This document shows, piece by piece, positions 9,958 to 18,799 of a stretch of DNA of 64,000 bases. Within the stretch, counting starts at the first letter, position 1, and every line of letters starts with the position of its first letter. Source of the stretch: a virus. The position numbers and the translations under genes were made by a program. The stretch is taken from positions 1 through 64,000 of IMG/VR virus record IMGVR_UViG_3300027759_000075; one strand, 5' to 3'. The notes under the pieces are model-generated. The model did not search any database. It saw only the letters and a program-made list of their open reading frames with translations, and had not been told where the DNA came from.

Positions 9958-10293
9958 ATGAGAGCTCAAGAGTTTATTGCCGAGTCCGCCCAAGTTGAGC
10001 GTAATGGTATAACACTTGACTACCAGTTCAGTCCTGATCAACAAAAATTAAAGATTGTTGCATCGAGCAACGGTCGGCAACTAGGGTTTGCCGATTTTCA
10101 AAACTATGGGCCACTTGATCAACCTCAATACAAAGGTGATCAAGTTGAAGTAGATGAACGCTATCGTGGGCAGGGTATCGCTACTATAATGTATGACCTG
10201 GCTCGGGAGTTGGTAGGACAAATTTATCCCAGCCCGTCACAGACTGCGGATGGTGAACGATTCTGGAAGGGCAAACCGGTCTGGGAAGAATAA
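9958..10293 (+). CDS. GNAT acetyltransferase with T4-like capsid-targeting sequence
   Basis: MRAQEFIAE; VEVDERYRGQGIAT acetyl-CoA motif A. Confidence 0.75.
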   Translation: MRAQEFIAESAQVERNGITLDYQFSPDQQKLKIVASSNGRQLGFADFQNYGPLDQPQYKGDQVEVDERYRGQGIATIMYDLARELVGQIYPSPSQTADGERFWKGKPVWEE

Positions 10294-10318
10294 AAAAGCT
10301 CCGTAACGGAGCTTTTTT
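10292..10318. terminator. Bidirectional terminator
   Basis: AAAAAAGCTCCG-TAA-CGGAGCTTTTTT between convergent genes. Confidence 0.85.
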
Positions 10319-10333
10319 GTAAATGCTGTGTAG

Positions 10334-10861
10334 TTAGTTACCTGACATTTTTTTCAAATAATTACCTAATTCCTCATAGCCGCCATGTGCTGCAGAATTT
10401 TTTGACCCGGCTGGATAGTGGTTCCACTCACCATAACGATCAACATTGATCTTTCCCTTGGTAGGATGAGTTAGTTCTGCACCGTAGGTGCTTTTGCGGT
10501 GGTCTAGGCCATGTTGCTTGGCCAGAGAGGAGAGCTCCGACTCTTCGTTAACTCGGCCTGCTAACTTATTGTATTCTTGCCGTAAGTTAATACCTAAGTC
10601 GTCCATAACTTCAGTAGTTGGAGGATTTTGGATTAGGTTGTGCAGTAACCACCATTCTTTAAGTCCTAATTCCATACTTTGATAGAATGCTTTTGCTGTT
10701 TTTTGTAGGTCTATAATATCATCTTCGCTATAACCGTCTTGTCCGGCTAACTTAGAGAGATTATTAGCATAACGAGCAAAAATTTTTGCTATTTGCTGAT
10801 TTGTCGATTCTTCGGCTTCTTTGATAAGTTCTATATATTTTCTGAAAAATTCTGTGCTCAT
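10334..10861 (-). CDS. Putative internal head protein
   Basis: MSTEFFRKYIELIKE propeptide-like start; internal VNEE. Confidence 0.55.
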   Translation of the reverse strand: MSTEFFRKYIELIKEAEESTNQQIAKIFARYANNLSKLAGQDGYSEDDIIDLQKTAKAFYQSMELGLKEWWLLHNLIQNPPTTEVMDDLGINLRQEYNKLAGRVNEESELSSLAKQHGLDHRKSTYGAELTHPTKGKINVDRYGEWNHYPAGSKNSAAHGGYEELGNYLKKMSGN

Positions 10862-10892
10862 ACCAATTTCCTTTTTTGATGTATTATTTATG

Positions 10893-11621
10893 TCAGTAAG
10901 TCAAATGCGTTGTAGTCTTAAAAGGACGACCATAAGCCGCATATTCCAACTGCTTGAGAATTTTCTGTTTCATCTGACGCACTTTTATATGGTCATGATC
11001 CCAATCAAACGCAGTTAAAAATTTGCAGTAGCTTGTACTCTTGTGGCGCTTGGCTCGCATGCTGTCCATGTACCGGCGTATTTCTACTGGATTATAGCCA
11101 AAGCGGTCCAACATGTCGCAGGCAATGTTAAAACTGAATGCGCCCATTTCATCTCTGTGACCATAGTATTCTTGGTCCTGGCGTTGCTTGTGATAGTGTG
11201 CTGTGCTTTCGTAGCCAGGAATCAATTTGAAATTTCTACTGCGATACTGGCGCATGTGAATCATTTCGTGCAGGATAGTATCAGCAAACAAACTACACAG
11301 TTTGGTCCAACGATATTCAGTCATTCCAATTTGTTCAGTGTCGGGGTGATAACTCAAGACTATTTCCATAAAACGAGTATAGCCTGCTTGGTCTCGGTCA
11401 CTGTAGTAAGTGCCGCCCATGTAGACCAACTTGGGATTGTGTTTTGCGTCTCGTTGAACTCGAACTACTTTGACTGGTAGTTTAGATTTGATGTGCGAAC
11501 TTAGTTTTTTTTGTAACAATCCAACTGGTATTTTTTGGCCAACAATATCACGTCCAGCACTGTACAACATACTGTACAAGTTATTGCGATCTAGCTGACT
11601 CCAGTTAAAATCTTGACGCAT
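10893..11621 (-). CDS. Zincin-like metallopeptidase
   Basis: TILHEMIH plus downstream Y....DE..A. Confidence 0.65.
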   Translation of the reverse strand: MRQDFNWSQLDRNNLYSMLYSAGRDIVGQKIPVGLLQKKLSSHIKSKLPVKVVRVQRDAKHNPKLVYMGGTYYSDRDQAGYTRFMEIVLSYHPDTEQIGMTEYRWTKLCSLFADTILHEMIHMRQYRSRNFKLIPGYESTAHYHKQRQDQEYYGHRDEMGAFSFNIACDMLDRFGYNPVEIRRYMDSMRAKRHKSTSYCKFLTAFDWDHDHIKVRQMKQKILKQLEYAAYGRPFKTTTHLTY

Positions 11622-11673
11622 TTTGCTCTCCGATTGGACTAGGTATTTAGTGCAAAATACCTAAAAATTAGTC

Positions 11674-11703
11674 AAAAAAAAGCTCCGGTTGACGGAGCTT
11701 TTT
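11674..11703 (-). terminator. Rho-independent terminator
   Basis: GCTCCG/CGGAGC stem with A8 and T5 flanks. Confidence 0.8.
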
Positions 11704-11718
11704 ATGCGTTACAACCGA

Positions 11719-11985
11719 TTACTTAGCTACTTTATCTTTGGCTACTTTAGCAAAAGACTTGGTAAACTCTTCAGTCTGAGTTTTAACAATAGCTGTAATA
11801 GACTCAAATGCTGCCAATTGAGCACGAACAAAATCAGTAGTGTCGGCTGTTAATGCAACCAAAGTCTTGCTGAGTTCTTTTGGTTCTACATAGCACAAGA
11901 TAGCCTGTGTGTTCTTTTCAGCTTGATCAATGAACTTGACTGGGTTTAACGCTTCTTTGAATGTTTCAAAATTAAATTGTTGCAT
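11719..11985 (-). CDS. Phasin-like protein
   Basis: 88 aa, helical and amphipathic, A/K/T-rich; strong RBS AAGGAGA; own terminator. Confidence 0.5.
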   Translation of the reverse strand: MQQFNFETFKEALNPVKFIDQAEKNTQAILCYVEPKELSKTLVALTADTTDFVRAQLAAFESITAIVKTQTEEFTKSFAKVAKDKVAK

Positions 11986-12185
11986 GGTAAATCTCCTTGT
12001 TGGACAATTTGTAGGACCCTCACAAACCCAACTATTTGGCATTTGCTGTCCTGCAATATTATTTATCTATTATGTGCGGTTGCAACATTTTTTGCAACCT
12101 TTTTGGTAAAATTGAGGTAAATAAAGGTGTAGTTCGCGATACGGACATATCCAACTACTCTAACAGTTTATAAGGAACTATCAGC

Positions 12186-12650
12186 ATGACTCATATTTAT
12201 AAATCCACAAAGACACTACCATATGTTTATATGTGTCAGGAAAAAAATAGCCCATATTTCTACATTGGATATCGTTGGGCTAACTATAACCCATCAACAG
12301 AAGATTTTGGTAAAAAATATTTTACCTCAAATAAGTATGTAAAGGAAAATTTTGATAATTTTGAACATACAATTATAGCTGAATTTTACACAAAAGAGGA
12401 TGCGTATGCATTTGAATCACAGCTCATAAAAGAAACCAGATCCGATTATCAAATAAACTATCTAAAATCTAAAAAAATTATAGGCACTTTTTATCCAAGG
12501 CCTAAAATTAAAATTAACAGCGAAGAGAAAATATGTGCGTTACCAGGTTGCGGAAAGATTCATACTAATTGGCGCATGAAATGTTGCTGTAAATCACACC
12601 ATTATGCTTACGCTGGCATGAAAGCGCATCAGACTACTTCCGAAGTGTAG
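12186..12650 (+). mobile_element. GIY-YIG-like homing endonuclease with C-terminal Cys cluster
   Basis: PYVY..FYIGYR; AYAFE; CALPGC..CCCKSH; opposite strand to neighbours. Confidence 0.65.
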
Positions 12651-13341
12651 CCAAACCTACAGATTTTAAAATACAAATATACATCCAACCAATATCAAAT
12701 TCCCACCATTTGGTACTGAATCTAGGACTGGCACCATCTGCGTGGTGATTATTATGAAGTTCTTCGCCGCCAATCCAAACAGCCAATGGCCATAGGTTGC
12801 GTGATGTATCTTTGGTATCTGTATTTCGATATCCCCACCAATGACTAAGGCCGTTAATAACTCCAGCCGCCCACAGTGGAATCCATAGCATCTGTACACC
12901 CCAAACTAGCCATCCCCATAGACCAAATAAACACAGATCTATAATTAACATAAGCAGAATACCTAACGTATTATATTTTTTGTATAAATGACGCTCAATC
13001 CAATCGTTAGGAGTGCCTGTGCTTAATTGTGAGATCATTATGCGATCTTTGGCCGCTTGTTTGTAAAGAAATACACCGCCAAACAGCACACGCCAAATTC
13101 CATAGATTTGTGGACTATGTGGATCACCGGGTTGATCTGACTTTTGATGGTGTTTTCTGTGTACTGCGACCCATTCTTCGGTGACCATTGCTGTGGTCAG
13201 ATACAACCAGGCTCGCATGGCATGTTCTACCACCGGGTGGAATGTAACTCCTCTGTGTGCTTGACTACGGTGTAGGTAAAGGGTAACACAGGCTATGGTG
13301 ATTTGAACCATCACCAAGGTTGATAAGATTATATACATCAT
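12634..13341 (-). CDS. desA: Delta-9-type fatty acid desaturase
   Basis: His boxes HRSQAH, HRKHH, HNNHH; TM helices. Confidence 0.9.
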   Translation of the reverse strand: MMYIILSTLVMVQITIACVTLYLHRSQAHRGVTFHPVVEHAMRAWLYLTTAMVTEEWVAVHRKHHQKSDQPGDPHSPQIYGIWRVLFGGVFLYKQAAKDRIMISQLSTGTPNDWIERHLYKKYNTLGILLMLIIDLCLFGLWGWLVWGVQMLWIPLWAAGVINGLSHWWGYRNTDTKDTSRNLWPLAVWIGGEELHNNHHADGASPRFSTKWWEFDIGWMYICILKSVGLATLRK

Positions 13342-13345
13342 TTAC

Positions 13346-13903
13346 TTATCCGTACATCTCTTGGTATAAAAACTGGCTATTTTGTAAAAATGTATGGTAA
13401 ACATTGCGTTGTTTGATGCCGACCTCGGAAGCAACGGTAGCCCAGCTTGGAGGATCTAAGTGCATGTTTACTTCACTGTCGCCCAAGATACTACGTGGCA
13501 ATAGGCCATGTTTTTGGCACAAATGTTGTATGGGTTTGTTCCAGCCAAGACAATGCATGAACAACTCACTGTAGTTACGGTTGCGGGCCCAAACTATGGC
13601 TTCTTCTAACATGGCATTGCCAATACCCTGGTTGCGATGATCCGCATGAACAATTATACCAAACTCCACTGTGGTCGTGTTAATTTTGGCAATGTGAACA
13701 GTTCCTAGCCAACCAGCACAATTTTTTGCCACTAAAATTTCGTGTTGGGTTGGCTCGGCTTCTATACGTTCTATCAAGCGTTCTATTAGGCCCGTACCGC
13801 TGGCCACACCAAAATACAGTTGTTGAGTGTCAACGTCCTGGGCGTTTAGCCAATCTCCGTATCGATAACGATCCGTTTTAGCTAGGAATTCTGTGGTGAA
13901 CAT
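13346..13903 (-). CDS. GNAT acetyltransferase
   Basis: VHADHRNQGIG; ELFMHCL.WN..IQHL..KHG. Confidence 0.85.
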   Translation of the reverse strand: MFTTEFLAKTDRYRYGDWLNAQDVDTQQLYFGVASGTGLIERLIERIEAEPTQHEILVAKNCAGWLGTVHIAKINTTTVEFGIIVHADHRNQGIGNAMLEEAIVWARNRNYSELFMHCLGWNKPIQHLCQKHGLLPRSILGDSEVNMHLDPPSWATVASEVGIKQRNVYHTFLQNSQFLYQEMYG

Positions 13904-13907
13904 ACTA

Positions 13908-14021
13908 CTACTTATATGCGGCCTTGGCTTCGTTAAACTTGCCGTTACGGGCCAGGTGTGCAGAGTGGCTGGCTTGTTTAATGTCTTGGATTGCAGACCA
14001 AATAAATTTTAAAATTTTCAT
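13908..14021 (-). CDS. 37-aa amphipathic peptide
   Basis: MKILKFIWSAIQDIKQASHSAHLARNGKFNEAKAAYK; RBS GGAG. Confidence 0.55.
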   Translation of the reverse strand: MKILKFIWSAIQDIKQASHSAHLARNGKFNEAKAAYK

Positions 14022-14025
14022 GACG

Positions 14026-14136
14026 TTAACTCCAGTAAATGTGTTTGCTGTTACCTAAAATCCGCGTTGCTTTTGCTTGGGCAGATATTTCCATTGCTTC
14101 AATAAATTTGTTTAATGCCTGATGAATTATTTTCAT
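14026..14136 (-). CDS. 36-aa amphipathic peptide
   Basis: MKIIHQALNKFIEAMEISAQAKATRILGNSKHIYWS; ATGA overlap, RBS GGAG. Confidence 0.5.
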   Translation of the reverse strand: MKIIHQALNKFIEAMEISAQAKATRILGNSKHIYWS

Positions 14137-14297
14137 AGTGTTCTCCCACAGATGCCACGATTCAGGTACCGCTGTGCCAAACGCTCTGCTTCGGCCACTG
14201 ACTGTGGATTTTTGCCGGTAATATAAGCATCCAGTCCGGTGCTTACACTGTCTTTGATGCTGAAAAACTTTTTGAGTTTTTGTAATAGTTTTGACAT
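14133..14297 (-). CDS. DUF3563-like small protein
   Basis: LDAYI..K.P.SV.E.E...Y pattern; RBS AAGGAGA. Confidence 0.55.
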   Translation of the reverse strand: MSKLLQKLKKFFSIKDSVSTGLDAYITGKNPQSVAEAERLAQRYLNRGICGRTL

Positions 14298-14488
14298 TGT
14301 GTGTCTCCTTAAATGGTAAAGATCATGAGAATAAAAATTATAAAAAATACAATTGTTGCGTGTTTTTCTTGTTTTGACATAGTTTATTCCTCTCAGTGTT
14401 TCTACTGAGATATTTACCTGGCAACGCAATAGATAATATTAAAGTTTAATGATCAAAAATTACTAAATATTCAACAAGGAGAATTATT

Positions 14489-14680
14489 ATGTTAGAATTT
14501 TTTAAGAAACTTTTTGGCTCCGTGCCAGCAGAAACACCGGCACCTTACAAGGTAGAAGCACCTGTGATCAAGGTTGATGAGTTTCCGTTTCCAGAAGCTA
14601 AAGCGGTAAAGAAACCTTCGGTTAAAAAACCAGCTGTAAAAGCCAAAGCACCTCGTAAACCACGAGCTCCCAAGGCTTAA
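14489..14680 (+). CDS. Small protein with Lys/Ala/Pro-rich histone H1-like tail
   Basis: KKPSVKKPAVKAKAPRKPRAPKA; TAAATA and RBS AAGGAG upstream. Confidence 0.7.
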   Translation: MLEFFKKLFGSVPAETPAPYKVEAPVIKVDEFPFPEAKAVKKPSVKKPAVKAKAPRKPRAPKA

Positions 14681-14979
14681 TGTTGTACAAAGTATCGTAT
14701 CAACCCAACAACATCAATAACAACCAGGAACACGGAGTTGGCCATTAGGCCAAAACTCCTTCTGGTATAACAGGCCCAGGCACTGGCACAACAGCCTACA
14801 ATAAAAATTGTATAAAGCGGTACCACCGGAATCGCAGGTACTGTGGCCGCAAATATCACAGCCGACGTCACACTGCATGCCCAGGCAAATACTTCAGCAC
14901 AGAATCTAACACGATTGGATTTCCAATCTTGTCGAATATAATTCCAAAAATTGCCTGCACCAACAAAAATAAAATCCAT
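14677..14979 (-). CDS. Small membrane protein
   Basis: About 3 hydrophobic helices. Confidence 0.6.
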   Translation of the reverse strand: MDFIFVGAGNFWNYIRQDWKSNRVRFCAEVFAWACSVTSAVIFAATVPAIPVVPLYTIFIVGCCASAWACYTRRSFGLMANSVFLVVIDVVGLIRYFVQH

Positions 14980-15212
14980 TATTCACAATTCCAAGTTAAT
15001 TTAAAAATAATTGCATCTCTAGGGTCTTCAAATCTAAACGCAAATCCTTCAGTTGATTGCCACCCATGCACATGATATCTACCTGTGCTCACATGATTGT
15101 TGCACCAATCGTACAATGCTTGAGGATAAGGCCTGTGGTTTTGTAATATATAATCCCAACTGACCACACACTCGGTCCAATCAGGCGGCGGCCACGCTTG
15201 AAAGTTTATCAT
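14979..15212 (-). CDS. Hypothetical protein
   Basis: FRFEDPRDAIIFKLTW terminal motif. Confidence 0.6.
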   Translation of the reverse strand: MINFQAWPPPDWTECVVSWDYILQNHRPYPQALYDWCNNHVSTGRYHVHGWQSTEGFAFRFEDPRDAIIFKLTWNCE

Positions 15213-16242
15213 CTACCAGTCCTAGTTCCACAGCACGATTGTAGACCTGCTCGCTGGCTAGGTTTTTACCTTTGGATTCACATTGTATATCAAACTGGTT
15301 CCAGAAAGTCAAGGCCCAATCAGTGGTTGCTTGATTCCAGTAAAAGTCTGAATGCGCCCTTAGTTTTTGTTTCTTATGTCCTGCTTCAAGTAACACTGCA
15401 CGGTCAGGGGCTTGGGTTACATCATGTCCTGTAAGAACATCTTCCCGACTGCAAGAGTAATGAAGAGCAGGCCTAACACCGCGCCAACTATCAACAACTC
15501 TTTTACAACGGTCATCTCCGGCGTTGATATACTCGCCCTCGCGGATCCAGTGATGATGAATGTCCAAGACAATAGGAACAATATCAGAAATGCTAATGCA
15601 ATCATTTAACCCCCATGAGTTTTCTTCGTTTTCAATTGTAATACAACTGCGGGCCTCGGGTGAGAGCCTGCCGTAGGTGTCTCGTAAACCTTCGGGACCG
15701 CGTTTACCCGAGATGTGTACGTTGATTTTAAAATCCTGAAAGGATTTCCCAAAGCCCATCCATCTGGCCATATCCGCATGATATTCAAACTCCTGTATTG
15801 ATCTTTCTACAATGCCCGGGTTCTCACTAGCCAACACACAAAACTGTCCTGGATGAAAACTTAACCTAACATCTAAACGCCTAGCAGTTTCGCCAATAGG
15901 AGCAAAAATCTTCTCCAGGTGATTCTGCACATCAGTCTGTTTCCACCAGTTAATCCATGATGGTTCAGTATAGCCCTGCAACATCTCACTACCTAAGCGA
16001 ACCATTCTGCGATTAGCGGGCAACGTGGCCACACGTTCAATCATCTTGACAGCTGCCGAGGTATTGTGATTCATAATGTCCCACTGTCGCTGTTCAGCTT
16101 CAGCTGGATGCTCACGCAACCAACGCATGGTAGTTGACCGCCCGTTAAGGTCTCGATCCACTGCATTGACTTTCATGCCGCCACATTCGGACGGATCATT
16201 TAGCCATTTGCAACAGAACCCAATACGCTTTAGTGTAGTCAT
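15181..16242 (-). CDS. uvsE: UV damage endonuclease
   Basis: RLSFHPGQF, IENEE, LDIHHH, RAHSD. Confidence 0.92.
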   Translation of the reverse strand: MTTLKRIGFCCKWLNDPSECGGMKVNAVDRDLNGRSTTMRWLREHPAEAEQRQWDIMNHNTSAAVKMIERVATLPANRRMVRLGSEMLQGYTEPSWINWWKQTDVQNHLEKIFAPIGETARRLDVRLSFHPGQFCVLASENPGIVERSIQEFEYHADMARWMGFGKSFQDFKINVHISGKRGPEGLRDTYGRLSPEARSCITIENEENSWGLNDCISISDIVPIVLDIHHHWIREGEYINAGDDRCKRVVDSWRGVRPALHYSCSREDVLTGHDVTQAPDRAVLLEAGHKKQKLRAHSDFYWNQATTDWALTFWNQFDIQCESKGKNLASEQVYNRAVELGLVDDKLSSVAAA

Positions 16243-16248
16243 ACAAGT

Positions 16249-16277
16249 ATTATATGACAAAATGAAATTAATGTCAA
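16249..16277 (-). promoter_or_regulatory. Consensus sigma70 promoter of uvsE (leaderless geometry)
   Basis: TTGACA-N17-TATAAT-N6-ATG. Confidence 0.85.
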
Positions 16278-16830
16278 TCAGGTGCTAGAGACAAAACGGC
16301 CTGCAGAGTATCAGTAGATATATTGTCTAAATTAACCAAATTTGGATCCAACTCACCTGTATGATCCACGATGACCCACTGTATCTGATCATAATCCTTA
16401 ACAGCTTGATGTATGTGATTACGATGATGGTGTGCTTTGTGTGATAGTAACCGATCTGGATTTGGCTGTAATTCGGTCAGGTCAAATCCAAATAGCAGGA
16501 CAATATCACTAGTAGTGGCGGCCAAGTGTACGGCCACGATTTCTTCTTGGCGATCAACATCGTGTACAAATGCCCCTTCATATAGTCGAACATCGTCGGG
16601 TCTGTTTAGGCTTGTGTATACCGAGTTAGGTATATAAAAATTACAGTTGTGTTGAAAGTTACGTTTGGTTAATTCATCTGCTTTACTTTGATCATGACAA
16701 ATCACATTGTCAGTTTGCCATGCTCGCCATGTACGCCAGCTTCCCCAAAAGGCACCAAGACGTTTAAGTTCAGCAATATCTACAGCGGGATCTGCTGTTG
16801 CTGAATCTGCTAGTACCCAACTAATGTTCA
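16274..16830 (-). CDS. Hypothetical protein (glycosyltransferase/Maf-like Rossmann fold?)
   Basis: IVLLFGFD motif; start uncertain. Confidence 0.4.
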
Positions 16831-17877
16831 TTCGGCACTCTTGAGTGTTTGCCATCGATAAGCGCCTAAACATACCCATGCAAACACACGGTCAGCACCA
16901 TGATTGGCGTTGAACACTATATCACCTTTATTTCCCGACCATCCTGGAACTTGTGTAGCATGACTGATTTTGTGTAGGCCTACTTGTAATTTTTTCACAG
17001 TAGTTAATCCATCAGTGTTGATTTCAATCTGTGGTTCACGATTAACTCCAATAGTAACACTTTGTTCTCTATTGGTGCCAAAGTAGGCCTGATTTAGTTT
17101 ATGCTTACCAATCACTATGCTAACTTCTTCGTCCCACACGCCAAGAGCTTTTTCTGGTGCCTCTGTGTTTACTCCCAGACGTTTGTTTAATACTGTAAGA
17201 GTATTGTTGTTAAACTTGGCTTCTCCACTAACTGATAGATTTTTTAATGTGCCCACTGATTGTAAACTAGATTCTGTGACTGTACGAGTTAATTGATTTC
17301 CAGCAATAATTGTTTGTCCATTGACTGTAACCTGATCAAAATCAATACCATGTTCTTGTATTTGTGTGACCACTTGGTCAACTAAATTGTTATTCCATGA
17401 TTCAGTTAATTGATCTAAAGTTTTTTGACTGATGTCGGCTGCCAGAGCTGTCCAAGACAAATTATCAGTATTAATACTTCCTGTGACCACAAGATTTTGT
17501 ACTCGCAGTGAATCTACCGCTTCAATACTATTAGCGGTTAAACAATTTTCTACTACCACACCATCTTCTAATACAATTAACTCGCACTTTGTAGCTTGGT
17601 CAACAATGCCTGTGCTAGTAAAGTTTTTTAATATTGAGTCAGTAAACAACGCCATACGTGCATCAACTTGATTTTTAATTGCAGGCCCAATATCAATTGC
17701 ACTCAACCTAGCAACAGTTTCTTGAGCCACAGTCTGATTGATCATACGTTCAACACGTTGGGTCCATACTGGATCGGCACATATTTGATCGACTAATTTG
17801 TTTATATTGATTTCAACTGCCTGTTCGACTAGTTGCTGAACTAAATTTGGATCAACTGTTATTCCAATATCAGCCAT
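16828..17877 (-). CDS. Probable virion protein (fibre-like C-terminus)
   Basis: SSLQSVGTLKNL; RLGVNT..P; GDIVFN..WVC..W. Confidence 0.55.
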   Translation of the reverse strand: MADIGITVDPNLVQQLVEQAVEININKLVDQICADPVWTQRVERMINQTVAQETVARLSAIDIGPAIKNQVDARMALFTDSILKNFTSTGIVDQATKCELIVLEDGVVVENCLTANSIEAVDSLRVQNLVVTGSINTDNLSWTALAADISQKTLDQLTESWNNNLVDQVVTQIQEHGIDFDQVTVNGQTIIAGNQLTRTVTESSLQSVGTLKNLSVSGEAKFNNNTLTVLNKRLGVNTEAPEKALGVWDEEVSIVIGKHKLNQAYFGTNREQSVTIGVNREPQIEINTDGLTTVKKLQVGLHKISHATQVPGWSGNKGDIVFNANHGADRVFAWVCLGAYRWQTLKSAE

Positions 17878-18799
17878 GTTTTCTCCTAGTATCTAAAGTT
17901 ACACAATGAAAACCGCCACCTAGTGTACGACTATGACTTAAGGTTAGTGGAATACTATCAATTCCTTTGGACTTTAGTATTGTAATTAGCTGAGTTTGTG
18001 CGGCATCTATAATAACTGTTTCTGGGTCCAATACTAACATATTCATAGCTATCCATTTGCTTGCATACGGATATTGATAAAAGTCTTGTGCTACAATTTG
18101 ATCTTCAGTTACCCAAATCTTTTCCCAATCTTTTAGTGCCGTAGGACAGTTTTTTTCTGTAACTCTGCTGGCATTGAGCATTACTAGTCCTTCACGTAAG
18201 GGAGTGATAGTTGAATCAATATGCACACCGGCATAAAAATTACAAAGTTCAATTGTGATCTTAGGAAATTTACTGCATAGCCATTCGTGTGCCGCACGGT
18301 TACCGCTTGCTGATTCTAAGAATAACCAAGTATCCCCCAAGCGACATATATTGGCCGCATCCAACGTCATATCTTGATCTCTAGGCATAGTGAATACCTC
18401 GCGAGCTTCTTCTATTAGTCTGGTATAGTTTTTACTTTCCTGATTGCGGCAAGGATACATCATATTACAATCAACAACAATGTCGCCGGCAATTAACATA
18501 CGATCTCTAGGACAATAGTTATACATTCCTTGTTCCGCTACAAAATCCATTGGTTTGGGTCTGTAAACTGCGGCACCATAACGCAATAATGTTTCTGCCA
18601 GATTATCTAATTCGCAATTAGCTTTATCGATAATAAATTGTGGCACTGGTCCGCTAGGTGCTGGAGTTTCAGTCCATAAACTGTTGCGAGCTTCTTCAGC
18701 AAACACAGGATCTGTCATAGGCCAGTTGGCATTGGTAGCAGTACCTACAATAATAGCTTCTAAAGGATCCCACTCATTGCAACTATTAATCATCGACAT
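17870..18799 (-). CDS. Amidinotransferase (glycine/inosamine-phosphate type)
   Basis: NEWDPL, CPRD, HIDST, GGGFHC catalytic motifs. Confidence 0.9.
   Translation of the reverse strand: MSMINSCNEWDPLEAIIVGTATNANWPMTDPVFAEEARNSLWTETPAPSGPVPQFIIDKANCELDNLAETLLRYGAAVYRPKPMDFVAEQGMYNYCPRDRMLIAGDIVVDCNMMYPCRNQESKNYTRLIEEAREVFTMPRDQDMTLDAANICRLGDTWLFLESASGNRAAHEWLCSKFPKITIELCNFYAGVHIDSTITPLREGLVMLNASRVTEKNCPTALKDWEKIWVTEDQIVAQDFYQYPYASKWIAMNMLVLDPETVIIDAAQTQLITILKSKGIDSIPLTLSHSRTLGGGFHCVTLDTRRKHG

Noticed and set aside
13346-14021. GNAT toxin-antitoxin pair
   Set aside because: Upstream peptide has no RHH/HTH features and the GNAT has its own late-type promoter box
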